The translations under genes were made by a program, and so were the position numbers. From a virus, in the IMG/VR virus record IMGVR_UViG_3300027704_000014, positions 20,916-84,915 of that record: a DNA stretch of 64,000 nt; one strand, written 5' to 3'. The first letter of the stretch is position 1, and each line of letters begins with the position of its first letter. Shown in pieces: positions 1-8,956 of the stretch. A model generated the notes under the pieces. That model ran no database searches. It saw only the letters and a list, made by a program, of their open reading frames with translations, and had not been told where the DNA came from.

Positions 1-1
1 A

Positions 2-79
2 CGTGGTGCATTGATGGACTTAACTAAACTTGCTAAAGCAAGACGTGGTGAAATCCAAGACAAAAAGAACGCAATGTAA
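2..79 (+). CDS. 3' end of a small basic histone H1-like (Hc1-type) protein, partial
   Basis: Hand translation RGALMDLTKLAKARRGEIQDKKNAM*; resembles the C-terminus of Hc1-like small proteins; 5' part lies outside the window. Confidence 0.55.
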   Translation, partial: RGALMDLTKLAKARRGEIQDKKNAM

Positions 80-126
80 TTTGTGTTCTTTGAGAGCAGA
101 ACGACCAATTTATTAACGAGACAACT

Positions 127-282
127 ATGCCTAGCAAAAAATCGAAAAAATCAGTAGTAAATGATAAAAAACTTCTAAATACTGATGCTGGAGGTTTATC
201 AGACAAAGTAACGCAAGTTGTTGATTATGGTGAAATCCCTAGCAATACTCCACCAACACCGGAGAAGGAAACAAAGAAATGA
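127..282 (+). CDS. hypothetical protein, 51 aa
   Basis: Hand-translated MPSKKSKKSVV...PEKETKK*; stop overlaps the next start (ATGA). Confidence 0.55.
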   Translation: MPSKKSKKSVVNDKKLLNTDAGGLSDKVTQVVDYGEIPSNTPPTPEKETKK

Positions 283-1475
283 GAAAACTATTTTATATGG
301 GTTTAGAGAGTTACGAGGCTCGCTACACTTTACAACTACAAGATTGGAACGAAAGAGTATTCAATCACCGCGGACTTGACTATGAAGTCATTGTCGGTGA
401 CGAGTTAGATAACAGTAAAGCTATTGTAACAGGTAGTGTGTTAGATGCTCATGGACGTTCATATTATAGTTTATCACAGACTATGGACCTTGTTCAAAAG
501 ATGAAGAATGGAGAGCTTACTAGTGATGATGTTATCTTTTATGAAGATATGTTTACACCAGGACTAGAGTGTTTACCGTACATCATGGATCAATCCCCAC
601 CAGAATATAGACCCAAAGTGTTTGTTAGATTCTTAGCACAAACAACTGACCCAGACGACTTCTTAATTAGAGAAGGTATGTTTGAATGGATGCGTAAGTA
701 CGAACAGATGCTAGATAAATTTGTATCTGGTATTTGCGTAGCCTCTGAAGAGTTTGTTGCACATCTAAGGATTGCAGGATTCAAGGCACCAATCTATGTT
801 ACAGGTTTACCATATGGTAAAGAAGAAGTACAAGAACGTGTACCAGAACTTAAAACTCTCATTACTAGAACTAGACGTGTTGGCTTTGCCGCTCGTTGGG
901 ATGATGAGAAGCAACCTCACTTTTATATGGACTTAGCAGAATCGTATTATAAAGTAGACCCTAGTGTAGAGTTTGCTATATTTTGCGGCCACCCAGAACT
1001 AAAGAGTAATGACCAAGCGTATGTAGATCGTGCCATGGCATTACAAGAGGGTAATACAGCAAACTTTAAAGTTTATACAGGACTTAAGAAGAATGATTAT
1101 TACAACTACTTAGCAGATAGCCAGGTGTTGTTTAATTGTGCTTTACAGGACTGGGTAAGCAATACAGTAAGCGAAGCAGACACCATGGGTACTTTAACAC
1201 TATATCCAGCATATAGAAGTTTCCCAGAAGTATTTGCTAACAACGGTAACCATTTATATGTACCATGGAGTATCGATGACGCACAGGAAAAGTTGACTAA
1301 GATGTTTAATTCAATTGACAACAACGACCTATTAGCGTATAATATCGGTAAGATAAGTGATTACCAAAATGGAACTATTGACCGTACAATAGATGTATTA
1401 GAAGGCAATGGTGAACAATGGGCGAGAAACGATTGGGGTTTCCGTAAACATGTAGCAAAGGCAAAATATGAATAA
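279..1475 (+). CDS. GT-B fold (GT4-like) glycosyltransferase
   Basis: GFAARWDDEKQP, D-x7-E motif (DWVSNTVSE), LYPAYRSFPE; directly upstream of galE. Confidence 0.75.
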   Translation: MRKLFYMGLESYEARYTLQLQDWNERVFNHRGLDYEVIVGDELDNSKAIVTGSVLDAHGRSYYSLSQTMDLVQKMKNGELTSDDVIFYEDMFTPGLECLPYIMDQSPPEYRPKVFVRFLAQTTDPDDFLIREGMFEWMRKYEQMLDKFVSGICVASEEFVAHLRIAGFKAPIYVTGLPYGKEEVQERVPELKTLITRTRRVGFAARWDDEKQPHFYMDLAESYYKVDPSVEFAIFCGHPELKSNDQAYVDRAMALQEGNTANFKVYTGLKKNDYYNYLADSQVLFNCALQDWVSNTVSEADTMGTLTLYPAYRSFPEVFANNGNHLYVPWSIDDAQEKLTKMFNSIDNNDLLAYNIGKISDYQNGTIDRTIDVLEGNGEQWARNDWGFRKHVAKAKYE

Positions 1476-2442
1476 AAGTAACGCAGAAGCGAAAACAGTA
1501 TTAGTAACAGGTGGTAGTGGATACATAGGTGGCATGGTATGTCGCTTACTTGTAGCCGCAGGACACAATGTTATAAATGTAGACCGGGTCAAGAAGGAAA
1601 TACCCGGAGTAACACAATACCCATTTGATTTAAACAATCATCAAATGAAAGGTGTTATTAATCTAACAAAACCTGATTCAATTATGCACTTTGCAGCTGA
1701 CCATGAGGTTGGACGCAGTGTAACAGACCCAGGTGTATTTTACGGCAACAACGTAGCAAACACAATTAACTTGATTAATAATGCAGTTGAAGCTGGCGTT
1801 AAGAAATTTATATTTAGTAGTTCAAGTTCAGTGTATGGAGACATACAAAACTTTCCTACTACTGAAGACACTGCAACCAATCCTATAAGTGCATACGGAC
1901 TTACTAAGAAGATGGTTGAGGATATGCTACCTGACTATGATAGAGCATACGGAATGAAGTTTGTGAACTTACGATACTTTAATGCCGCAGGTGCAGCACC
2001 AGATAATACACACGGGTATGTACAAAACCCAGCAAGTCATTTAGTGCCTATTATTGCTAGAGCAATTATTAAACAGGAACCAATCCAAGTGTTTGGTAAC
2101 GACTACGACACCGATGACGGTACTTGTGAAAGAGACTATACTCATGTGTTTGACATTGCTACAGCACATTTAGCCGCACTTAACTATTTAGATGACAAAG
2201 GTACTAGTAATACATTTAACTTAGGGCAGTCTAGTCCTAATAGTGTAATGCAAGTAATTGAAGCATTCGAACGTGTAACAGGTGAGAAGGTAAACTACGA
2301 AGTAGTTGATAGACGTGCAGGTGATCCACCTAAGACGTATGCTGACATCACTAAGGCTAGAGATGAACTAGGCTGGAGTCCAATCTACGGATTAGATGAG
2401 ATAGTCGCACATTCATTCGAGTGGGAGAAGAAGCAGAAGTGA
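1468..2442 (+). CDS. galE: UDP-glucose 4-epimerase
   Basis: TGGSGYIG Rossmann motif, FSSSSSVYG, YGLTK, LRYFNAAGA, DGTCERDYTHV, RRAGDP. Confidence 0.93.
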   Translation: MNKSNAEAKTVLVTGGSGYIGGMVCRLLVAAGHNVINVDRVKKEIPGVTQYPFDLNNHQMKGVINLTKPDSIMHFAADHEVGRSVTDPGVFYGNNVANTINLINNAVEAGVKKFIFSSSSSVYGDIQNFPTTEDTATNPISAYGLTKKMVEDMLPDYDRAYGMKFVNLRYFNAAGAAPDNTHGYVQNPASHLVPIIARAIIKQEPIQVFGNDYDTDDGTCERDYTHVFDIATAHLAALNYLDDKGTSNTFNLGQSSPNSVMQVIEAFERVTGEKVNYEVVDRRAGDPPKTYADITKARDELGWSPIYGLDEIVAHSFEWEKKQK

Positions 2443-2924
2443 AGTTATTTTATGACTACGAAACACTAACTGGTGACTTACAACATATTGTTAGAGATAT
2501 GTCCGTTGCACAGTACAAGCCAGATGTTATAATTGGACCTGGCAGAGGTGCATACTTCCCAGGCGTTATGCTTAGTCATTACTTTGATGTACCATTTGAA
2601 GGATTCAGGTGGCAATTAAGAGATGGCGAGTTACAAGACGAAAGCACATTGCGACACATCTTAGACAAGCACCAACATGATAAGATACTGTTAGTTGACG
2701 ACATAAACGACACAGGTGCAACACTGTTAGGTATTGACGACTTTATATTTACATGGGCTGCACAGGAAATGGTAGACATTCAACTAAAATATGCTACACT
2801 ACTTAGTAAGTCCACAAGCAGTTTTGAACAAGTAGATTTTTACGCAAGGGAACTAACTCCGGATTACGATCCATGGGTAGTTTTTCCTTACGAACAATGG
2901 TGGAACTTTAAGGAAACAAAATGA
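2439..2924 (+). CDS. type I phosphoribosyltransferase (xanthine/guanine PRT-like)
   Basis: GRG loop, PRPP loop LLVDDINDTGATL, C-terminal WVVFPYE; GTG start overlaps the galE stop (GTGA). Confidence 0.88.
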   Translation: MKLFYDYETLTGDLQHIVRDMSVAQYKPDVIIGPGRGAYFPGVMLSHYFDVPFEGFRWQLRDGELQDESTLRHILDKHQHDKILLVDDINDTGATLLGIDDFIFTWAAQEMVDIQLKYATLLSKSTSSFEQVDFYARELTPDYDPWVVFPYEQWWNFKETK

Positions 2925-3133
2925 ATACAAAAAAGACAGCAAAAATTCGTAAAACAGTATATGCTGGCAACGGTAGTGGTGGACCAGATATGGTATATGT
3001 GGTAGACCTTTTTCAAGGAAACAAACTAATGGAAAGTAGAACATTACTAGGCAAAAGTATTCACTATGCTGAAGATGTTGCTGAAAATTGGGAAACAGGA
3101 ATAATTAAACTAAACAAGACATCCTCGTCTTAA
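2921..3133 (+). CDS. hypothetical protein
   Basis: 70 aa ORF, ATGA-coupled, RBS aagga. Confidence 0.7.
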   Translation: MNTKKTAKIRKTVYAGNGSGGPDMVYVVDLFQGNKLMESRTLLGKSIHYAEDVAENWETGIIKLNKTSSS

Positions 3134-3146
3134 ACTCGGAGAAGAA

Positions 3147-3836
3147 ATGAAAAAGCATGAAGAAGTAATCAAACGATTACAAGATAGTAACACTCGTTAC
3201 TGGGCAGGAGATAACATCTCAGAACACCTCAAAGAAGGTGATCAAGAATTACTAATTGACGAAGCAACCGAAGCATTCGAAGGTGTACTAGATGCACTAG
3301 TTATTGATAGATTCAATGATCCGAATAGTCACGGAACAGCAAGACGGTTAGCAAAGATGTACTACAAGGAAATTATGGAAGGGCGTTATGTTGGTATGCC
3401 TAATGCAACAGCATTTCCTAATCATCTAGATGATGGTTATAAAGGCATGCTGGTTGTGCGTAGTGAACTTAAAAGTATGTGTTCACATCACCATCAACCA
3501 GTGACTGGTGTAGCATACATCGGTATCATTGCCGCGGAGAAACTAATTGGCCTAAGCAAGTACACAAGAATAGCACAATGGTGTGCTAGGCGTGGTACAT
3601 TACAAGAAGAACTATGTAATGATATTACTAGGGAGATACAGAGGGCTACTGGTTCAGAGAATGTAGGTGTTTATATTCAAGCAACGCATGGTTGTTGTGA
3701 GAATAGAGGCATTATGGCTACTAGTAGTTTAACACAAACAACTGTACTAGAAGGGTTCTTTAAAACAGATCCTGGTACCAAGAAGGAATTTATGGATAAC
3801 ATTCATTTACAACAACAACATGCGTGTGGTAAGTAA
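3147..3836 (+). CDS. folE: GTP cyclohydrolase I
   Basis: SMCSHHHQPVTGVAYIG, GLSKYTRI, LQEEL, HGCCENRG zinc and catalytic motifs. Confidence 0.95.
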   Translation: MKKHEEVIKRLQDSNTRYWAGDNISEHLKEGDQELLIDEATEAFEGVLDALVIDRFNDPNSHGTARRLAKMYYKEIMEGRYVGMPNATAFPNHLDDGYKGMLVVRSELKSMCSHHHQPVTGVAYIGIIAAEKLIGLSKYTRIAQWCARRGTLQEELCNDITREIQRATGSENVGVYIQATHGCCENRGIMATSSLTQTTVLEGFFKTDPGTKKEFMDNIHLQQQHACGK

Positions 3837-4339
3837 TGGGAATAGAAACTAGAGGTAATGATAACTTATTAGTTATTGCAGGCTCGGCAGTATTAGTCGA
3901 CGATGTTGGTGATGCAGTTTTAGACAGACAAAACTTAGACTGGATCTGTAAAAGATTTCCAATAACAGTAGACGAAGTATTCCAGTGTGTTGAAGTACTA
4001 GCGGATTCTAACACCCAATACAAAGACGGTATTACTCTAATCAATAGAGGCGATGATAAAGACATCCTACTTGAAACCATTAGCGTTAACGAAACACTTT
4101 TCTTTGGGCTACTAGATTACGGACACAGTATTAAACCGGGCTGTTTAGACTTTGATATAATTTACAATACAGGACTCGTAAAGGTTATCGAAGACATATA
4201 CTTTGATCTTAAGGCTGATGCAAATCACTATGAAGTAAGCGAATTACATGAATGTGTGTATCAAGCTATACGACAAGAGATAGGCGACATTGAACCAGAT
4301 GTAATATTAAATTCAATTAACAATGGCGGAATGGATTAA
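3836..4339 (+). CDS. hypothetical protein
   Basis: 167 aa, TAATG-coupled to folE. Confidence 0.7.
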   Translation: MGIETRGNDNLLVIAGSAVLVDDVGDAVLDRQNLDWICKRFPITVDEVFQCVEVLADSNTQYKDGITLINRGDDKDILLETISVNETLFFGLLDYGHSIKPGCLDFDIIYNTGLVKVIEDIYFDLKADANHYEVSELHECVYQAIRQEIGDIEPDVILNSINNGGMD

Positions 4340-4662
4340 TGGCAAACACAGAAACACAATTAATGATCGAACGCACTCACGATATTAGACAATGGCACAG
4401 AGACCGTAATCTAATTGATGGTGCAACAGACAAAGATCAACTAGCAAAACTTATCCAAGAGATGGGTGAACTAAGTGATAACATCTGTAAGCAACGTGAT
4501 GTCAAAGATGATATTGGAGATATGATTGTTGTACTAATAAACATTGCAGAACGCAATAATGTTAGTATTACAGAATGCCTGGACCAAGCATACAACGATA
4601 TCAAAGACCGTAAAGGTAAAATGATAGACGGTGTGTTTGTAAAAGAAAGTGATAATGTCTAA
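4339..4662 (+). CDS. MazG-like nucleotide pyrophosphohydrolase
   Basis: KLIQEMGEL...DDIGD acidic motif, AYNDIKDRKGKMIDGVFVKE tail. Confidence 0.85.
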   Translation: MANTETQLMIERTHDIRQWHRDRNLIDGATDKDQLAKLIQEMGELSDNICKQRDVKDDIGDMIVVLINIAERNNVSITECLDQAYNDIKDRKGKMIDGVFVKESDNV

Positions 4663-5032
4663 TGAACTGCTGGTGATCAACCTACTTACTTGCTTAATGG
4701 CTAAGCATATTATTGCTGATTACTTTATGCAATACAGTTGGATGATGAAGGACAAAGCCATATATGGCGGTCCAGGTGGTGTAGCTCATGCTGGTTACCA
4801 CGGTACACTAACTTTTGTAGTATTAGAGTTATTCAGTACAGGATGGCCAATATCGCTGGCACTAGCAATAGCAGATGCAGTTTTACATTATCATATAGAT
4901 TATGTTAAAAGTAATGTATGGAAGAGCAGAGGGTACGGTCCACAGGATCAAATGTATTGGGTAACACATGGCGTCGACCAGTTTGCTCATTTTTTAACTT
5001 ACATAGGAATTGTATTATGGATAATGTTATAA
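4655..5032 (+). CDS. DUF3307-like membrane protein
   Basis: HIIADYFMQ, HAGYH, HYHIDYVK, DQFAH histidine motifs with hydrophobic helices. Confidence 0.75.
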   Translation: MSNELLVINLLTCLMAKHIIADYFMQYSWMMKDKAIYGGPGGVAHAGYHGTLTFVVLELFSTGWPISLALAIADAVLHYHIDYVKSNVWKSRGYGPQDQMYWVTHGVDQFAHFLTYIGIVLWIML

Positions 5033-5181
5033 GTATGAAAGAAGCACAAATGGAAAAGTTTGTACGCAGGCTACTAGACCCTGAAGGGTTTGGTCACGCA
5101 GTAACAGCAGAAGTCCGAGATGAAGCAAGAGTGCTATTAGGAATGAAGAAAGTGGAGACGGTAAAAATACAATGCTTGTAG
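5017..5181 (+). CDS. hypothetical protein, ~54 aa
   Basis: MDNVISMKEAQMEKFVRRLLDPEGFGHAVTAEVRDEAR; fills the gap between coupled genes. Confidence 0.6.
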   Translation: MDNVISMKEAQMEKFVRRLLDPEGFGHAVTAEVRDEARVLLGMKKVETVKIQCL

Positions 5182-5888
5182 AAAAAGTAATAAGTGTAAC
5201 ACACTACAGTGATAGGTTGTTTAGTTTTAAAACAACTCGTGATAAAAGTTTCCGTTTCAAGAACGGTGAGTTTGCTATGATTGGATTGGATGTAGAGCCA
5301 AAGCCTATTTGGAGAGCATACAGCATTGTGAGTACTAACTACGATGACCATATTGAGTTTCTAAGTATTAAAGTAGAAGACGGTCCACTCACTAGTAAGT
5401 TACAGCTCATTGAAGTTGGTAGTGAAGTACTAATTAAGCCTAAGTGTACAGGTAGTTTGGTAATTGATTACCTTAAACCAACTAAGAACTTGGTAATGCT
5501 TTCAACAGGCACAGGCATTGCTCCTTTTATGAGCATTTGCAGAGACTTTGAAACATACGAAAAGTACGATAACATATTTTTGTTCCACACAGTTAGGAAC
5601 AAGAACGAACTAGCATACAGACCAGAATTAGCACTACTAGAAACAGACCTACCATTCCTATACATAGACAGTGTTACCAGAGAAGACTATCCACGCAAGG
5701 GCAGGTTTTGGGACCACATCGATGAGTTCATAGAAGGTGGACTTACACTAGGTCGAGATTCTGTTATGGTGTGTGGGTCAACAGACCTAAATAAACAATG
5801 CAGAGCTATGTTTAAAGAACAAGGCTGGATTGAAGGCAATGTTGGCGAATCAGGCGACTTTATGCTTGAAAGAGCATTTGTAGATTGA
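5172..5888 (+). CDS. fpr: ferredoxin/flavodoxin-NADP+ reductase
   Basis: RAYSIVS FAD motif, GPLTSKL, STGTGIAPF, VTRE, MVCGS, C-terminal ERAFVD. Confidence 0.93.
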   Translation: MLVEKVISVTHYSDRLFSFKTTRDKSFRFKNGEFAMIGLDVEPKPIWRAYSIVSTNYDDHIEFLSIKVEDGPLTSKLQLIEVGSEVLIKPKCTGSLVIDYLKPTKNLVMLSTGTGIAPFMSICRDFETYEKYDNIFLFHTVRNKNELAYRPELALLETDLPFLYIDSVTREDYPRKGRFWDHIDEFIEGGLTLGRDSVMVCGSTDLNKQCRAMFKEQGWIEGNVGESGDFMLERAFVD

Positions 5889-5913
5889 CACGAGTATGAA
5901 CATACTGTATAAT
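5885..5913 (+). promoter_or_regulatory. sigma70-type promoter for queE
   Basis: TTGACA-17 nt-TATAAT, perfect consensus. Confidence 0.85.
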
Positions 5914-5939
5914 ACATACATTATTAAAGGCGAATATAC

Positions 5940-6860
5940 ATGAATTTAAAATATAGTGAAACATTCTATAGTCCACAAGGCGAAGGTGCGTATGTGGGCA
6001 TTCCTAGTTTGTGGATACGTTTTTTCTTGTGTAACTTACAGTGTAACGGCTTTGGACAAGATGAGCCTACTAAGCCTGACACATGGGAACTGCCTTACGA
6101 GACTATAGACATCTCTGAGATTAAGGTAGTAGAAGAACTTCCTGTATTTGACAAAGGATGTGACAGTTCATATACATGGGCTAAGAAGTATAAGCATCTC
6201 ATAACAGATCGTACTGTAGAGGAGGCTGTAGACGAGCTTACAGCGTTATTACCCACAAGTACATTCAAGCATGCTAGGACAGGACAAAGTGCTGACATGG
6301 TGTTTACAGGCGGCGAGCCAATGCTTAAACAAGCACAACTAAGTATGGTTGCCATTATGCGTGAGTTTGCAAAGCGTGGTGATTGCCCTGCTAGAGTTAC
6401 AGTAGAGACAAACGGAACTAAAGCTATACAAGCAGACTTAGTCGATCTAATAGACGACATGCACATTAGTTCAGAGTATGGTGGAATTATACCTGATGAG
6501 AAATCCAATGATATTGAATGGTATTGGAGTGTTTCACCTAAACTGTGGACCACTGCCGGTGAGGTAAGTAAACGTGCAATAAGACCTGAAATAGTCGCAG
6601 ACTATGCTAAGGCAAGCAATAAAGGACAATTAAAATTCGTAGTAAACGGCTCCAGCGAGAGTTGGGACGAAGTAGAAGAACATATACTAGCATTTAGAGA
6701 AGCTGGTGTTACTTGGCCTGTATGGATTATGGGTGTTGGTGGTACTGTCGAGGGACTTAAGATGACAGAAGCTATTATTGCAGATGAAGCTATACAACGT
6801 GGCTACTATTATACTAGTCGTGTCCATGCTCATATTTACGGAAATGCAATAGGAAAATAA
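5940..6860 (+). CDS. queE: 7-carboxy-7-deazaguanine synthase-like radical SAM enzyme
   Basis: SETFYSPQGEG...G.PSLWIRF, CNLQC...GCDSSYTW, FTGGEPM, VETNGT, SVSPKL, RVHAHIYG. Confidence 0.85.
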   Translation: MNLKYSETFYSPQGEGAYVGIPSLWIRFFLCNLQCNGFGQDEPTKPDTWELPYETIDISEIKVVEELPVFDKGCDSSYTWAKKYKHLITDRTVEEAVDELTALLPTSTFKHARTGQSADMVFTGGEPMLKQAQLSMVAIMREFAKRGDCPARVTVETNGTKAIQADLVDLIDDMHISSEYGGIIPDEKSNDIEWYWSVSPKLWTTAGEVSKRAIRPEIVADYAKASNKGQLKFVVNGSSESWDEVEEHILAFREAGVTWPVWIMGVGGTVEGLKMTEAIIADEAIQRGYYYTSRVHAHIYGNAIGK

Positions 6861-6861
6861 T

Positions 6862-7011
6862 ATGTATCCATGTAATATATGCGGAAAGAAACTACACGGT
6901 ACAGATATAAAGTATCACACAGCCGATCAAACTAAAGTATTTTGCGGCGCTGAATGCAGTTTAAAATACTACACACATTTAAGAGAGGAAAAGAATGAAG
7001 AAGAAAACTAA
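6862..7011 (+). CDS. small Cys4 metal-binding (TRASH/YHS-like) protein, 49 aa
   Basis: Hand translation MYPCNICGKKL...KVFCGAECSLKYY; not in the ORF track. Confidence 0.65.
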   Translation: MYPCNICGKKLHGTDIKYHTADQTKVFCGAECSLKYYTHLREEKNEEEN

Positions 7012-7519
7012 AATACCGTTTGGTATGATACCAGCAAGTTGGGGTCTCAAAGGTAAGTCTAGGCTTATAGCAGAGGCTGAATATTATTACGAAGGTTCCG
7101 ACTTAGAAAAGCAATTAGCCTTAATTGATGTTGACAATGAAGTCGACGGACAGGTTGCTGAGTTAGAGATCGATCTTAAAAATGAGAAGATTGGCAAGGT
7201 TGAGTTTGAAAAGAAGGTTGCTAATCTAAAAGAAGAACCTTGGGTAAATGTATTAGAGTTAGGTGTAAATCCTGAGAACGCCCAAGCAGGCTATATTGAA
7301 CTAGACTGGAACGATCACTTTATTGAGATGTTACATAACAACGGTTATACTGCTGCAAACGATGAAGAGATTGTGAACAAATGGTTTAATGACGTATGCA
7401 GAACTGTACTAGTACAAGAAAATGCAGACTTAGACTTTGGGTTACAAGAAACAGATCCAGCTGGTACAGGAGCAACTGATGTCGTCGTTAGAGCAGACAG
7501 CAAAGACCAAACTGATTAA
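6995..7519 (+). CDS. hypothetical phage protein
   Basis: 174 aa, RBS gagga; EPWVNVL...ELDWNDHFI...WFNDVCR. Confidence 0.75.
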   Translation: MKKKTKIPFGMIPASWGLKGKSRLIAEAEYYYEGSDLEKQLALIDVDNEVDGQVAELEIDLKNEKIGKVEFEKKVANLKEEPWVNVLELGVNPENAQAGYIELDWNDHFIEMLHNNGYTAANDEEIVNKWFNDVCRTVLVQENADLDFGLQETDPAGTGATDVVVRADSKDQTD

Positions 7520-7700
7520 GTTAGTAAAGGCAATTGAGCCAGTTGTAGAACAACAGCTCGCTGAATTTACTACAGGTGAAGTAACGTATGTACTAGAACA
7601 CTTTAAACAGCACTTGTCATACGACCTAGCTAGAGACTTTGAAACAATTAGAGAAGCAGAGCTAAAAGAATCACCATTCGATGACTTATTAAATGATTGA
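7479..7700 (+). CDS. hypothetical protein
   Basis: ATG 7479 preceded by aggag. Confidence 0.65.
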   Translation: MSSLEQTAKTKLIKLVKAIEPVVEQQLAEFTTGEVTYVLEHFKQHLSYDLARDFETIREAELKESPFDDLLND

Positions 7701-7726
7701 CATTGGCCTACAACCTATGTTAAACT
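7697..7726 (+). promoter_or_regulatory. sigma70-type promoter for the RNase H-like gene
   Basis: TTGACA-18 nt-TAAACT with TG extension. Confidence 0.55.
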
Positions 7727-7761
7727 TAGACACTAAACAAACAACTACGGTAAACAATAAC

Positions 7762-8763
7762 ATGCAAAAACAAACATTCATAATAGTAGACAGCATGAAT
7801 ATGTTCTTTAGAGCAAAACACGTTGCTCGCGGTAATGACATGGACATGAAGATCGGTATGGCTATGCACATTATGTTTAACAGTGTTAAGAAAGCATGGC
7901 GTGACTTTAACGGTACTCACGTTATATTTTGCTTGGAAGGTCGTTCGTGGCGTAAAGACTTCTACACACCGTACAAAGCAAATCGTAAAGTGATTGCAGA
8001 CAAACGTTCACCTAGAGAACAAGAGGACGACGAGTTGTTCTTTGAAGCATATAATGACATGTTAGCATTCTTAGATGAGAAGACTAACAGCAGTGTTGTT
8101 AGACAGGGCAATGCAGAAGCAGATGACATGATTGCTACTTGGATACAACAACACCCAGACGACAATCATATTATTGTTAGTAGTGACACAGACTTTCATC
8201 AGTTGATTGCACCTAACGTATCGCAGTACGATGGGGTACAGGATAAAATTGTTGCTATTACAGGCATTACTAGTGGCAAGACAGGTGAGGCTCTTATTAA
8301 CAAGAAGACCAAGTTACCACTTGAAGCACCAGATCCTGAATGGATACTGTTTGAAAAGTGTGTGCGTGGTGATACTAGTGACAATGTCTTTAGTGCCTAC
8401 CCAGGTGCTAGAACTAAAGGTAGCAAGAATAAGACAGGCATACGCGAAGCATTTGAAGACCGTAACACAGGCGGCTTTAACTTTAATAACTTTATGCTAC
8501 AACGTTGGGTTGATCACGAAGAGCAAGAGCACAGAGTTAGAGACGACTTTGAACGTAACAAGATACTCATTGACTTAACACTACAGCCTGATGAAATTAA
8601 AACAGAGTGCATTGCTAGAATCGAAGAAGCAAAGACCAAGGCACCAATTGGACAAGTTGGTATACATTTTATGAAGTTTTGTGCTAGGCACAATTTAATG
8701 AGAATGAGTGAGAACCCAGGCGATTACTCGGAGTTTTTAAATGGACGATATGAGCAAGGCTGA
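7762..8763 (+). CDS. rnh: T4 RNase H-like 5'-3' exonuclease (FEN/PIN family)
   Basis: IIVDSMN, SWRKDFYTPYKANR, EADDMIA, SSDTDFHQL, GDTSDNV, N..LIDL; start placed downstream of the promoter. Confidence 0.88.
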   Translation: MQKQTFIIVDSMNMFFRAKHVARGNDMDMKIGMAMHIMFNSVKKAWRDFNGTHVIFCLEGRSWRKDFYTPYKANRKVIADKRSPREQEDDELFFEAYNDMLAFLDEKTNSSVVRQGNAEADDMIATWIQQHPDDNHIIVSSDTDFHQLIAPNVSQYDGVQDKIVAITGITSGKTGEALINKKTKLPLEAPDPEWILFEKCVRGDTSDNVFSAYPGARTKGSKNKTGIREAFEDRNTGGFNFNNFMLQRWVDHEEQEHRVRDDFERNKILIDLTLQPDEIKTECIARIEEAKTKAPIGQVGIHFMKFCARHNLMRMSENPGDYSEFLNGRYEQG

Positions 8764-8956
8764 GAAAATATTAGCAGGCACATGGCCTATGAAAGATCCT
8801 AAGTGGATTTACGAGTCGCCCGATAAAGGAGAAACACTATACCGCAGATTATTTGGCGGTAAGTACAAACAACTGTTTAACAAGGACGACGACATGTCCA
8901 AGTTAGATGAAGAATATTTTGCAATACATTTTAATGGAGAAACAAATGGCAGATAG
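8741..8956 (+). CDS. hypothetical protein
   Basis: Contains IYESPDKGETLYRR. Confidence 0.65.
   Translation: MDDMSKAEKILAGTWPMKDPKWIYESPDKGETLYRRLFGGKYKQLFNKDDDMSKLDEEYFAIHFNGETNGR

Noticed and set aside
3836-4339. DUF433-like antitoxin domain at the N-terminus, implying a toxin-antitoxin pair
   Set aside because: Only a loose pattern match, and no adjacent PIN toxin; left as hypothetical.
7693-7761. N-terminal extension of the RNase H-like ORF
   Set aside because: It overlaps a TTGACA promoter; the family fold begins near MQKQTFIIVD at 7762.
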